From: Hormiphora californensis
Taxonomy: Eukaryota > Animalia > Ctenophora
Assembly (NCBI GenBank): GCA_020137815.1
Contig: CM035355.1
Span: 8,060,001 to 8,124,000 of the forward strand
Direction: 5' to 3'
Length of the DNA: 64,000 bases
How positions within the stretch are numbered: the stretch's first letter is position 1; the number at the start of each line of letters is the position of its first letter. The translations under genes and the position numbers were made by a program. Under the pieces are notes generated by a model, which worked only from the letters and a program-made list of their open reading frames with translations, made no database searches and was not told the DNA's origin. Shown piece by piece: positions 51,474 through 64,000 of this stretch.

Positions 51474-52997
51474 TTAAGATCTAAAGTAGACGCGGAATTT
51501 AACATTATTTGGGTTTCCTATATACCTAGTCACTTCACAATATCTGTATCGTTTCGGATGGAAATGGTAACCCTTAGCTGGTCCAAGTGTACTCCTCCAT
51601 AAGTGACTATTAACATCAATTACATCTTGCTGACACTTCACTTTAAATCCGCAGCGTGTTCCCTGGTTGCAGACCGGCCAATTCTTATGTTCGTGTGGAG
51701 TAATGTCTGAAGTACCATGTCTTACATAAGTCTCCTGCCAATCCTCACTAAACCACTCATCCGGTACACACATGCCACTGGGAAGTCTTATTTCCAACCA
51801 CGACCGTACCCACCAACCATCACCAGGTACAGTTCCCCAGCCTCGTTCTCTCTTGACTGCATTAATTCGCAGTATGGGATCACGAACAGAGAAAATATTG
51901 ATACAATGGTATACTAGCTCAGACAAAAAGTTACAAAAGTTATAGAACTTGGTGCTGTTGTCAACTAAATAAGAAAACTTTTCTTCAGCTGTTTCACCAG
52001 GAATTGTCTCATACCTAAAATAACACACTTCAACTTTATCGCCGGTTGCTGCAAGACACGATTTCCTAAAGTCCAATAACCACTGAAAATCATCCCGATT
52101 TAACAGCAGATGACTATCCATAATATTAGTGTAGTACAGGGTAAATTGTTTCAGGTCAGAAGTAGCAAGACTGTCGAGACAAGAATTCTCCAGTAGAAAT
52201 TTGAGATTGTCCGACAGGCGAAAGCTTCCTTCTGTTATTTCCAGACTGATTTTATCAAACAAAGGGGGGAGCAGGATACAGTTGTCACCGTCACACTCAG
52301 AACACACCAGCAGAACTTTTAGTTCAATCTGGGAGAGACTCCGGTACCGCTGACAGAGTAGCTCAACAAAGGTAGATCGGGCATCCAGTTGGTAAACCCG
52401 TTTTGTTATAAAGTTGAGGGGTTTCATATTAGAGAACTTTTTCCATATAAAAGATGCCTCCTTCAACCAAGGCCCTACTGTATCAGCTGTAACATTTTCA
52501 ATAGCCATGATTTGTTGCTCAAACCAATCGTAGCAGCAATCACTGGCCCATTCAATTTCCAAGTGGAGAGACAATTTCAGAATGTCCCGGAAGTAATCTT
52601 GTGTTATTTGGGGTCTCCGTTCGTCCAAGTTGATTGCCTCAATCAGAGATCGAACAGCCAGGTCATGGTACTCTGAAAGATCATAGCCAGCGTTTTCATT
52701 GTCCACTCCCTTTGCAATACGGTAGAAAACCCGACTAACACGAGCTAAGTCAACTGTTCTGACTTGCATTTCATCTCCGGAGTTCAGGTACAGTGTAAAA
52801 AAGGGAGCTGCTTCAAACTCCAGTTCAAGTTGCCTATCTCCTCGGGTTTTAAACTCCAATTCCAGGGTATCTACAGAGGAAGGTAGTGAATCATCTTCAG
52901 AGGAGGAATCATCTCCAGAGGAGGAATCATCTCCAGAGGAGGAATCTTGTTCTTCTGTTGGAGGGTCCCTTTCTCTCCTCGATGCAACTACTCCCAT
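51474..52997 (-). CDS. Intronless BTB/POZ-domain protein, tandem paralog B (507 aa)
   Basis: Near-identical to paralog A over the N-terminal two thirds and divergent in the C-terminal third; same flanks (51350-53131 vs 49270-51077). Confidence 0.8.
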   Translation of the reverse strand: MGVVASRRERDPPTEEQDSSSGDDSSSGDDSSSEDDSLPSSVDTLELEFKTRGDRQLELEFEAAPFFTLYLNSGDEMQVRTVDLARVSRVFYRIAKGVDNENAGYDLSEYHDLAVRSLIEAINLDERRPQITQDYFRDILKLSLHLEIEWASDCCYDWFEQQIMAIENVTADTVGPWLKEASFIWKKFSNMKPLNFITKRVYQLDARSTFVELLCQRYRSLSQIELKVLLVCSECDGDNCILLPPLFDKISLEITEGSFRLSDNLKFLLENSCLDSLATSDLKQFTLYYTNIMDSHLLLNRDDFQWLLDFRKSCLAATGDKVEVCYFRYETIPGETAEEKFSYLVDNSTKFYNFCNFLSELVYHCINIFSVRDPILRINAVKRERGWGTVPGDGWWVRSWLEIRLPSGMCVPDEWFSEDWQETYVRHGTSDITPHEHKNWPVCNQGTRCGFKVKCQQDVIDVNSHLWRSTLGPAKGYHFHPKRYRYCEVTRYIGNPNNVKFRVYFRS

Positions 52998-53666
52998 ACT
53001 GTCGCCTATATAACAGAGAGGGGTAACATGAATTATAATTGGAGAGACAAAAAACCAAAACTTTCCAGATTATAACTTCAATATACATAGTACATTCATG
53101 TACTATAACCTTCTGCACGTAGTGTGTAGGGTGAGCCGAGCCGTCAGCACGGACTGTAAAATGCTAGGCGCTACAAGGGTAACTAGACCTCCCCTTGAGC
53201 GTGCTTGACAACCTACGGACTGGGGTTTCCAGCCCAAAAAAACCTTGCTGGTCTAGCAGCGTGCAAGACCCATATCCTTGCACCGATCAGTATCATTAGG
53301 ATTTGTGACTGGCCGAGATCCAACCATACGTGAAGCTCCTATTGCCCCGGTGTCCGAGATAGAGGAATATGGGAAGTCGATTCCCGTCGGCCAAATTTAA
53401 TTTCGGCCATTTTTCACACAAATGGCACAGTGTGTTCACCTGGCACTCCTTAGTTTTTTGGACCGAAATTCATGTCTGGGGGACGCTGGTAACGATTTCT
53501 AGGCTATCACGCACAAAATCAGACACCTCGCGAAAATCGGTTCAAATCTACCTGTCTTACCTCAAAATAACGGGAATATTTCGGTCTCTGGCCGAAATCT
53601 TCCCCCTCTCCTTGGCCGAAAAGTGCGCATAAAGGATAAATACATTCCTGATTGCAATTTATCAAG

Positions 53667-53740
53667 CGCTGAGGTGGCCTAGCGGTGTAGAGCTCGCCTA
53701 TCTAGCGGGAGACCCGGGTTCGAATCCCGAACGGGTCCGG
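53667..53740 (+). pseudogene. tRNA-derived segment (SINE head or tRNA pseudogene)
   Basis: A-box TGGCCTAGCGG and B-box GGTTCGAATCC with a T-arm, but no paired acceptor stem. Confidence 0.5.
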
Positions 53741-54160
53741 GGTGAAGATACTTTTTTTAAAACTTTTTTAAAACTTTCTAAATGACTTATAAAGATGGTG
53801 CCCTGCTGACAGCGATATTTATTGAACTGCTGAATACTAGTCAGCTTGTTCAGTATGCTGCCTCGCCTTTAATTTGCTTCAGCCACGGAAAATCGGTCGA
53901 TTTTGGGAATGGCCTACGGCCATTCCCGGCCACTTTAAACCCCCTGGACACCGGGCCTATTGCCGATACTAAGTGTCCCCACTTGTAGAGAAAAAAATTG
54001 TAGAGTGATCCCTCTTGATAAGACAAAGCGTTTGACACTTAGTCAGATGTCCCTACTCCTACCAGTCCTAAAATAATGGGGTTTACATTGATATCAGGCC
54101 AAAAGTTAACCCCATTTTTCTCCCAGACCGTTTGTGCACAACACATTCTGTCATATCCAC

Positions 54161-54851
54161 AGTCACACCCAGCTCATTCTGCAGTTATCCTGCCTATCAT
54201 TGCACTAGTCACACCCAGTTCATTCTGCAGTTATCCTGCCTATCATTGCACTAGTCACACCCAGTTCATTCTGTAGTTATCCTGCATATCATTGCACTAG
54301 TCACACCCAGCTCATTCTGCAGTTATCCTACCTATCATTGCTGCACTAGTCACACCCAGTTCATTCTGCAGTTATCCTGCCTATCATTGCACTAGTCACA
54401 CCCAGTTCATTCTGCAGTTATCCTGCCTATCATTGCTGCACTAGTCACACCCAGTTCATTCTGCAGTTATCCTGCATATCATTGCACTAGTCACACCCAG
54501 TTCATTCTGCAGTTATCCTACCTATCATTGCACTAGTCACACCCAGTTCATTCTGCAGTTATCCTGCATATCACCACACTTATAGTCACACCCAGTTCAT
54601 TCTGCAGTTATCCTGCCTATCATTGCACTAGTGTGACTAGTCACACCCAGTTCATCCTGCAGTTATCCTGCCTATCATTGCACTAGTCACACCCAGTTCA
54701 TTCTGCAGTTATCCTGCCTATCATTGCACTAGTCACACCCAGTTCATCCTGCAGTTATCCTGCCTATCATTGCACTAGTCACACCCAGTTCATTCTGCAG
54801 TTATCCTGCCTATCATTGCACTAGTCACACCCAGTTCATTCTGCAGTTATC
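54161..54851. repeat. 46-bp minisatellite, ~15 copies
   Basis: Unit CACTAGTCACACCCAGTTCATTCTGCAGTTATCCTGCCTATCATTG. Confidence 0.95.
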
Positions 54852-54862
54852 AGTTAGAATAG

Positions 54863-57752
54863 GAGTGAACAGTTGAAAAAAAAGGACTTTATCTCCGGTT
54901 CCTGATAAGCTACAGAGTTTGTTTGGGTATACTCCATTTTTTTCAACTGTTCACCCCCAAAGTCGTGCGGGGAATTGTTTTGTGCGTTTATCACATGTTA
55001 ACGTGTAGCGCGCGCAGCGTAAATTAAAATATCGCACGCGCACGAGTTGAGGGGTGAACAGTTGAATAAAAATGGACTTTACCGTTGGAAAGGAAATTTC
55101 AAGCCCCATCGAATAGGGATCCCTAAAAAAGTTCAGTATTTACACAGAGTTTACACCAGTTAAGCCATTTCGGATTTTCCCACGGTAGCGTGGGAAGAAA
55201 AATTTTGAAATCTGCGCTGTGATTGGCATCGTCAGAAATTTCAGCCAATCACAGCACACTGGTGTAAACGCTGTGTAAATACTGAACTTTTTTAGGGATC
55301 CCTATGGCGAAGGTTTGAAGTCTTTATCTTATCAGGAACAGGAGTTATGAGCCAAAACGAAATTGGTGTGGCGCGCATTTTTTTACCACGTTATACCAGT
55401 GGTGGCCCCAGCCTGGGGTGGTGGGGGGTGGCCACCCCCCCCCCCCCCAAAACTTTTGAAACAGGGGTTGTTGGGGGTGGTAAAATAGCTTTAAAATGTG
55501 TTCTAAATTGCTTTAAATTGATCTTAAATCTAAAATTTTCCGGGGGCTTCGCCCCTAACCCACACTGAAAATCGTTAAAATATTGTTCTAAGTTGCTTAA
55601 AATTGATCAAAAACTAACATTTTTCGGGGGCTTCGCCCCTTACCCACACCAGGGGCTAAATATCATTAAAAAAGTTTTCTAAAAGGGCTGAAAATTGCCC
55701 CCACCAAGGGCTGAAAATCGATAAAATATTTTTTTCAACTGTTCACCCCCCAAAGTCGTGCGCGGAATTGTTTTGCGCATCTATCACATGTTAACGTGTA
55801 GCGCGCGCAGCGTAAATTAAAATATCGCACGCGCACGAGTTGGAGGGTGAACAGTTGAATAAAAATGGACTTTAAAGTCGGATTTTTTGAAACTGTCACC
55901 CCCCCCCCTGAGTTTTCAAATTTCTTTAAATGACCATAAGTCCGGTTCCTGATGAGATAGAGACTTGAAATTTGGAGGTTATAAAGATCTTGCTAAGTTC
56001 TTCCGAACCACCAAATTTCAAGTCTTTATCTTATCAGGAACCGGAGATATGACAAATTTGTTATTTCAGGGGGGTGACAGTTTCAAAAAATCCGAGTTTA
56101 TAGTCTGATTTTAAATAACTGTCGTTTTTACCGCACTCGATTTTGCTCTATTATGACAATATCTCCAGTTCCTGATAAGATAGAGACTTGAAATTTGGAG
56201 GTTAGGAAGAACTTAGCATGTTCTTCGCAACCCCCAAGTTTCAAGTCTTTATCTCATCAGGAACCGGAGTTATTGTAAATAATAAATCCCATAATGTTAG
56301 TCAGTCTGTCCGTTAATTGGTTTTTCAAACTCCTCCCACAGTTTTTGAGCTAGACCCCTAAAAATTTGTACACGGGTACCTTGGACCAAGGCGGATGTAA
56401 GTACGGGCTCAGATTTTTGATCCGATCTTTACAGCAGTGACGTCACGGGGTGACGTCATTGCGACAAAAAGACCTACATTTTTCAAACGCTTCTAAGACC
56501 CTGAAAACGGCTCTAAATCAAAAAACTAACGCAAAAGTGGGGAAAGAGAATCGTTTGAACTTCATTTTACTTGATAGCGATTTCCCGTAACTCAATGTTT
56601 AAGGGTCGTAAATCGCGTCGGGAAAGTTAAAAATGCCAAAAATACGATATTTTTCACCGTAGCCACCCAAAATCTTATCCAATCGATATGAAACTTGGTC
56701 GGTATGTGAATTTTAATGTCCTTTGGCCAGGGGTTCCCGGAAAACGGATTGGCAAGATGAGAACTGACCGGAGTTCTTATAATTCTAAATTCACGAATTT
56801 GGAATTTTTCGTCGACTTTTTTTGGCGAGGAAATTTTCAATACAATGAATTTTAAAATTTTACACTGCGCGCGTAATCCTAGGTTCCGCGCGCGGCGTAA
56901 AAAAGCAGCGCTTTTTTGGAAAAATTCGCGCGTTACAGTAAATGATTTACCCGCCTCGCCAAAATTGTAACGCGCTCCTAAGGCTATAAGCATACTGATC
57001 GTGATGATCATAATCAGGTCAGTGTGCGGACGTTTTGATGGTCACCATCAAAGGAGCGCACACACTGATGGTTATCATCATGATGGAGGCTTGATGCATC
57101 ATGATGTTCTCAAACCATAGTGTGTTCACGTTTGATCATCATGAACCATAGTGTGCTCACGTTTGATCATCATAAACCATGCTCAACTTGCTGGAACTTG
57201 CCTTTTGACCATGATCATCATGACCAGTGTGCTCAGCATGATGATGCTATCTCCCGGGAGCTCCCCCTTGCCTAGTCGCGCGCTCTGAGAGGCTGTTGCA
57301 TATCACGTGACCTGTACAACAGCCTCTCGCGCGCGCGAAGTCGTACCACGTGGTACATATCACATGACTACAGTGCAGCCCTCCACAAGAATAAGATCAA
57401 AACCTGCGCACACTAGGTGTTGATGATCATCATCCAACTTAAGAGACGGCTCCAGGGCCAGCTCTTACGTGATGATCATAATGTTCCGCACACTGTAGTT
57501 TTTTGCAGATGATGATGATCAAAACCATGAGCATACTTCATCTTTTTAACTGATTATGATCATCACGATCAGTATGCTTATAGCCTAAGGTCGGATTTTT
57601 TGAAACTGTCACCCCCCTGAATTAAATTTAACAAAATTTGCCATATCTCCGGTTCCTGATAAGATAGAGACTTGAAATTTGGAGGTTCGGAAGAACTTAG
57701 CAAGATCTTCGTAACCTCCAAATTTCAAGTCTCTATCTCGTCAGGAACCGGT
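54863..57752. mobile_element. Cluster of Helentron/DINE-like non-autonomous repeat fragments
   Basis: Recurrent modules CCGGTTCCTGATAAGATAGAGACTTGAAATTTGGAGGTT...CCAAATTTCAAGTCT.TATCT.ATCAGGAACCGG (55880-56050, 56160-56270, 57640-57750) and duplicated 54935-55080/55728-55873. Confidence 0.55.
56982..57585. mobile_element. PIF/Harbinger-type MITE
   Basis: TIR GGCTATAAGCATACTGATCGTGATGATCATAATCAG and its reverse complement; TAA TSD. Confidence 0.85.
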
Positions 57753-58208
57753 TTTATGTGTCCCTGTTGGCGGGGACCGGTAAATCTGCATCTATTCCCA
57801 TTGCATGACGGTGATGTTTTAGTTTCTGACGAGTACGACTAACAGATTTTAGACGGGCCACTAACGGCAATGCAATTCAGGACGGTGACAATCTGATCTG
57901 ATCTGAATCTCCGGAAAATTCATCCTGACAGATAATATTATCTCTCTCTGTTATTCTCTCACTTTATATCAGGGTCTCACTCTCACTCTGTCTCCCTCTA
58001 TCTCAAATACTCTCTCTCTCTAAATCTCTCCAACTCTAGAACTCTATATCTCACCAACTCTCTCCACCCTCATCGTCTCTCTCAGCTACTGCGCGAGACT
58101 CTCAGACTGACAGTTAACTCATGTGGCCACGCTAACTGGTCGGAGTTTCACCTATTAGGGAACACTTCAAACCGGACGCAGCGTCTCAACACGACTTAAC
58201 TGCCAGCC

Positions 58209-58407
<199 letters not shown>

Positions 58408-58450
58408 CTTGTTCTATGCTTGAATGTATGAATATAAGTGACGTTATGAC

Positions 58451-60653
58451 GGCAATTTTGCATTTGCGGGCATCGCACTATAGACGCAGTACCCACGTAC
58501 TATAGACGCATTATAAACGCATTATAAACGCATTATAGACGCATTATAGACACACGCAATATAGACGCAATTTCGTAAGCAGCACTATAGACGCAATATA
58601 GACGCATTATAACAGCAATATAAACACATTTTTACAGACGCGACGCAGTATAGCCGCATTATAGGCGCACTACCCACCCCAAAATCACCTTATAGACGCA
58701 CTATAGACGCATTATAGACTGACTATAGCAGCACCATAAACGCTACATAGACCCATATAGACGCATGATAGAAGCATTATAGACGCAAATCGCTTTTTAT
58801 AGACGCCGCGTCTATAAAAAACGTGCTTTTTTAAGAAGCACTATAGACGTACTCAGACGCACGCTGCCATATTTGAGGCGCAGTTGGGCGAACTATATAC
58901 CCTGCTAACTTAAATAACCCGCCAGCGGCGAGAAGTCCCACTGGCGCGCTCTCAATATACAGCCAGTCCAGCGGCAGATTATTTCCCACTGGCTGGCTGT
59001 TTATTATTAACTCCTATGTTACATTCAAAGTGTGTGTAAATGATCTGTTCTTACTGAAATACAGAGGGAACACTGTTTGCAAGAGTTACACACTGCATTG
59101 GAGAGAAAGAAACAACACATTCCGTCAATTTCTCTCTCTTTATCTTCCCTTTTGTTTCACTATCTCAATTCCTCTGTGTTATGTCTGGCATGCCCCATAT
59201 CTTGTTATTTCTTTCTCTCTCTCCTTAGTAACTGTTACCAAACAATATACACTCAATTGAGAGATGTTTTTGACTGTTTCTCAGTTCTCTTTGTGTGTTT
59301 TGATTAGTGTTCTCTCTCTTGTTAGTGTGTAATACTTGAAACAAACAACTAAAGCAGGGTATATAACCCATAAACTATGACCAATGGCACGTTATTGGTT
59401 TAAACCCCTCCGCCTCTCCCTCGGCTACGCCTCGGGATCGTCGTCGTGATTTAAACCAGTTTATCCGCCAGCGGCGGATAAACTACAGCTACCTTCTCCC
59501 AGCGGCGCGCTGGGAGAAAGGTATCTGAAATAACGTGCCAGTGGCCAGAGTTTATGCCTCATATAAACGCATTTTTGTCGCATATAAAAGGAAGCAGTAT
59601 AGACGCATTATAGACGCATTATAGACGCATGTGCGCGAAATCGATAAAGACGCAATATAGACGCAATTAATAAGAAGGAGAGGGAGAGAGACTAGAGGGA
59701 GGGAGGGAGGGAGAGGGAAGGAGAGGGAAAGAGGGAGGGATACAGAGACAGATCAGACAGAGACAGATGGACACAGATCTGAGACAGACGGACAGAGTAA
59801 GATGGAGAGAGATTAAGATGGAGAGTGGAGAGAGAGAGACAGAGAGGGAGATAGTAAGCGCGTGTTTGTCCGTCCGTCTGTCTCTGTCCGTTTGTTTCCA
59901 TCTCTGTCTTTTTCTGTCTCACTCTTTTTATGTCTCACTCCGTCCCTATATCACTATCTTTCCATCTTACTCTCTTTCCATCTTACTCTGTCCTTCTGTC
60001 TCAGGTCTTTATCCGTCTGTTTCTGTCCCTGTACCCCTCCCTCAGTCCCTCCCTCTCCTTCCCTCTCCCTCCCTCCCTCGCCTCTCTCTCCCTCTCCTTT
60101 TTATTGTGCGTCTATATTGCGTCTTTATCGATTTCGCACACATGCGGCTATAATGCGTCTATAATGCGTCTATACTGCTTCCTTTTATATGCGACAAAAT
60201 TGCGTTTATAAAACGCCCAACTGCGCCTCAAATATCGCATTGTAGCCTGGAGTACGTCTAAAGTGCTTCTTTAAAAAGCACGTTTTTTATAGACGCGGCG
60301 TCTATAAAAAGCGATTTGCGTCTATAATGCTTCTATCATGCGTCTATATGGGTCTATGTAGCGTTTATGGTGCTGCTATAGTCAGTCTATAATGCGTCTA
60401 TAGTGCGTCTATAAGGTGATTTTGGGGTGGGTAGTGCGCCTATAATGCGGCTATACTGCGTCGCGTCTATAAAAATGCGTTTATATTGCTGTTATAATGC
60501 GTCTATATTGCGTCTATAGTGCTGCTTACGAAATTGCGTCTATATTGCGTGTGTCTATAATGCGTCTATAATGCGTTTATAATGCGTTTATAATGCGTCT
60601 ATAGTACGTGGGTAATGCGTCTATAGTGCGATGCCCGCAAATGCAAAATTGCC
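58451..60653. mobile_element. MULE-like foldback MITE inserted in the LTR
   Basis: Long TIRs GGCAATTTTGCATTTGCGGGCATCGCACTATAGACGC... made of TATAGACGCA units; 9-bp TSD CGTTATGAC (58442-58450, 60654-60662); empty site in the other LTR at 63807-63815. Confidence 0.88.
58894..59560. mobile_element. Non-autonomous element (Crypton-like) nested in the foldback arm
   Basis: Absent from the mirror arm (60200-60240). Has inverted repeats TATATACCCTGCT/AGCAGGGTATATA and ATAAACT..TGGCACGTTATT/AATAACGTGCCA..AGTTTAT plus a CTCGGCTACGCCTCG hairpin. A partial inverted copy lies at 49033-49185. The Crypton label is an inference. Confidence 0.55.
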
Positions 60654-61991
60654 CGTTATGACATTATTGACTGATAGGATACCACTGTGCGAATATGGTG
60701 AAGCAAGCCCTAATATGATATGAATATGGGACAACACGGACAAACCGGACAAGACACACAACCGACAAATCAGACACGACTAAGTAACGAACTAACATTT
60801 CCAAGATGCACACAGTGCACAATCGCCCCTTCTTAGGGAAGGAAATGGCTCCCTAGTCCACGGCGAAACACACATCAGAAAATAAAAACTAAAACAGACT
60901 GACACAGAAAAACAAACTGACACAGAAAAACAGACTGACACAGAAAAACAGACTGACACAGAAAAACATATATTGCTTGGCACTTGCTAGCTAATGAAAT
61001 ACTACATCAAAATATCGAACAAACAAGGTAATGTTTGATTGAAACTCGAGAGGACTATATGACAATCAGATGGCTTAGTTCCGCTAGGAAAAGTTCGTCT
61101 AGAACACGGCATAAGGGGAGTAAATGGTAGACGAATGCCAAATGCAACCCCCATGACGCGTTCCTTCTCCCATAAGAACATAGCATGACTGATGTAAGGA
61201 ATTGAATGAACTACTTATGACACGAAGGGGATAAATGTATTGTGCATGAATTGACACAAGACAGTGCACACTGCTGCATAGTGCAAGCAAACCTAAATCT
61301 TGACAGACACACAGTACAACAAACTGAAAACTGGACAGATATGACAAACAGTATGAGCAGAAAACATCGTGCAACTATAACTACTATCGATCATAAATGT
61401 GTGCTCAAATGATAGTGAAATTGCAAGCCTCACTCTCACTCGAGCACCCCGAGGGCTCGTCAGCTCACTCGAGTTATATACATAGGCCTCTAGAAATATC
61501 ATACCGGCACTCTCAAAGCTCAAATCAAAGCACTCAAAAGTCAAAGCTCCAGAAATATCTCTTCAAATCGACACTCTCAAAGCTCAAATCACAGCACTCA
61601 AAGCTCCAGAAATATTTCTTCAAATCGACACTCTCAAAGCTCAAATCACCGCACTCAAAGCTCCAAAAAATACACTCTTGACAATCGTAACAGCACTCTT
61701 TGTTCCAGAAAAACAATTCGAATACGCCCGGGCACACACAAACGAACAGAAGTGAATCTATATAATAACAGCATGCATATTCATTGATGTATTACTACTG
61801 TCCTTTTTTTTGTTCTTTTTCATTGTTTATTGCTACCGGATTACATAGTCCGTAATATGATTGAATAATTGTTCAATTGAAATCAGTCCAGTCACACCTC
61901 CATACCTATTCGATGATAGCATCCGCAGCGTAAAAGGGGTGTTTCCTCCTCAACAGATACCACGCACCATCAGCAGTATCATTCACATCGT

Positions 61992-63224
61992 TTAGTTATC
62001 GGCACCAGGTATAGGAACAGCAGCAGTACGTCCAGTGGTGTCAGCATCCTCCTCGTCTCCCATCAGATCTACAGTACAAGGATCGGAACCAGACTCTATT
62101 GTAGCACTATCAGAAAATAACTGTCCCAAGGTTAATGATGACTCTCCACCGTCTAGGGTGGGGTGGTGGTTAACTACAGTCTCATCAACAGCGTCTGTCA
62201 CGTCAGCGGGTACAGTGGAATTCATATCTATCACGTTGGTGTCTGTGGTGTTTACTTCCCTGTTATTTGCGCCAGGTGGTGTAGTATGGGAGTTGGGCGG
62301 TATAGTATCCAGTTCACAACCAAGCAGGAAGTCCAGTACCAGGTCGCCATCGTCGTCATCGTTGGTGGACTTGCATTTCTCCGGGAACCACGGTTGTTCC
62401 ACACTATCAGCAGGAAGTTGTGCTGTAGTAGCCACGTGGAGGTTTCCAAAAGCCTCACTCAAACAGTCAAAGTGTACCACTCTCAGGTTCTGCAGTGTCT
62501 TGGTCTTGAGAGAGTTGGTAAACGGTCTGGCAAGATTAGGTATGTAGTGGCGAAACCAACCAAAACAATTTAGAAGCCGCAGGACATCTTTTTGTGAATC
62601 TGGATCCCTCATACATCGTAGTGCATTAACCCTTGCCTCATCGACATCAATCCCGTGTTCAGCCAGATAGATACCACCATACATAACATGAACAGTCCTG
62701 GAAAACACAATCCTCAAGTTCTCTGCCATTTCTAGTATACTGCTGCGTCCAGGCTTCAGAACGTCATCCACGAATGTTGAAGCTACCTCCTTCGGAGTGC
62801 CTGCAAGTATCATCTCAAGTAGGTTCCAAAATACGCCAGGGTAACCACACAGAGCCAGTGCAATGACTGTGAACTGGAAATAGCTCACTCCAGGTATTAC
62901 AGGATCAGCCTCGTCATCAAACTTAATTTCCAAACAAGAAAATAACTGAGCACCATGACAAGCTGCTGTGGTTACACGTATTCCTCCCGCAACAAGGGCT
63001 CCTCTGGGAAGGTAGATCTCGGCTACTTCAGAAACAACTCCAATAGGAAACCCTGGTAGACCACTCTGAACCCATACTGTCCAATCAAACACCGGATTCA
63101 CTAACTGTAGTAACACTAACAGTATCAACATCATCTCCAAATCAGCGCTGAGTCTTCTGGTTGTTTGCTGCCGTCCCATCAAGGTCACCATTGTCCCTGT
63201 TGGCGGGGACCGGTAAATCTGCAT
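61992..63224 (-). CDS. Degenerate, internally deleted Gypsy pol-derived ORF
   Basis: GAQLFSCLE (motif A-like), YFQFTVIALALCGYPGVF (motif B-like), FVDDVL (motif C), GIDVDEARVNALRCMRDP...LLNCFGWFRHYIPNLA (thumb), VVHFDCL (integrase C-terminal-like), acidic tail. Confidence 0.7.
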   Translation of the reverse strand: MQIYRSPPTGTMVTLMGRQQTTRRLSADLEMMLILLVLLQLVNPVFDWTVWVQSGLPGFPIGVVSEVAEIYLPRGALVAGGIRVTTAACHGAQLFSCLEIKFDDEADPVIPGVSYFQFTVIALALCGYPGVFWNLLEMILAGTPKEVASTFVDDVLKPGRSSILEMAENLRIVFSRTVHVMYGGIYLAEHGIDVDEARVNALRCMRDPDSQKDVLRLLNCFGWFRHYIPNLARPFTNSLKTKTLQNLRVVHFDCLSEAFGNLHVATTAQLPADSVEQPWFPEKCKSTNDDDDGDLVLDFLLGCELDTIPPNSHTTPPGANNREVNTTDTNVIDMNSTVPADVTDAVDETVVNHHPTLDGGESSLTLGQLFSDSATIESGSDPCTVDLMGDEEDADTTGRTAAVPIPGADN

Positions 63225-63670
63225 CTATTCCCATTGCATGACGGTGATGTTTTAGTTTCTGACGAGTACGACTAACAGATTTTAGACGGGCCACTAACGG
63301 CAATGCAATTCAGGACGGTGACAATCTGATCTGATCTGAATCTCCGGAAAATTCATCCTGACAGATAATATTATCTCTCTCTGTTATTCTCTCACTTTAT
63401 ATCAGGGTCTCACTCTCACTCTGTCTCCCTCTATCTCAAATACTCTCTCTCTCTAAATCTCTCCAACTCTAGAACTCTATATCTCACCAACTCTCTCCAC
63501 CCTCATCGTCTCTCTCAGCTACTGCGCGAGACTCTCAGACTGACAGTTAACTCATGTGGCCACGCTAACTGGTCGGAGTTTCACCTATTAGGGAACACTT
63601 CAAACCGGACGCAGCGTCTTAACACGACTTAACTGCCAGTCGATCTCTCTCTCTCTCTCTCTCTCTCTCG

Positions 63671-63772
<102 letters not shown>

Positions 63773-64000
63773 CTTGTTCTATGCTTGAATGTATGAATAT
63801 AAGTGACGTTATGACATTATTGACTGATAGGATACCACTGTGCGAATATGGTGAAGCAAGCCCTAATATGATATGAATATGGGACAACACGGACAAACCG
63901 GACAAGACACACAACCGACAAATCAGACACGACTAAGTAACGAACTAACATTTCCAAGATGCACACAGTGCACATGTAAGACCCCCCTGTTGGGATCCCC

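Noticed and set aside
53667-53740. Functional tRNA gene
   Set aside because: No paired acceptor stem or clean anticodon arm; kept only as a tRNA-derived segment.

Overview
Repeat-rich eukaryotic (animal) genomic DNA with spliced genes, probably from a ctenophore of the Pleurobrachia type. That guess rests on my recollection that the translated ~105-bp dispersed repeat ([27 protein letters not shown]) is common in Pleurobrachia gene models; it is not verified. All host genes I could build lie on the minus strand: an IFI44-like TLDc + P-loop GTPase gene (5483-14860) with a nested intronless secreted Cys-rich gene, a 16-exon TM9SF2-like nonaspanin (17384-36685), and a tandem array of intronless N-myristoyl-motif BTB/POZ genes (two intact, one remnant). 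The rest is minisatellites and nested transposons: a Penelope retroelement with a minimal hammerhead ribozyme inside a multi-level nest, MITE/foldback DNA elements, Helitron/Helentron-like elements, an ORF1-only LINE derivative and a young non-autonomous LTR element with an open, degenerate pol ORF. The most unusual pattern is that intronic tandem repeats repeatedly start at exon-intron junctions and copy the splice site plus exon bases, creating arrays of decoy splice sites. Homopolymer errors are visible (TM9SF exon 19521-19732; noisy arm 39.4-42.8 kb), so some features may be sequencing artefacts.
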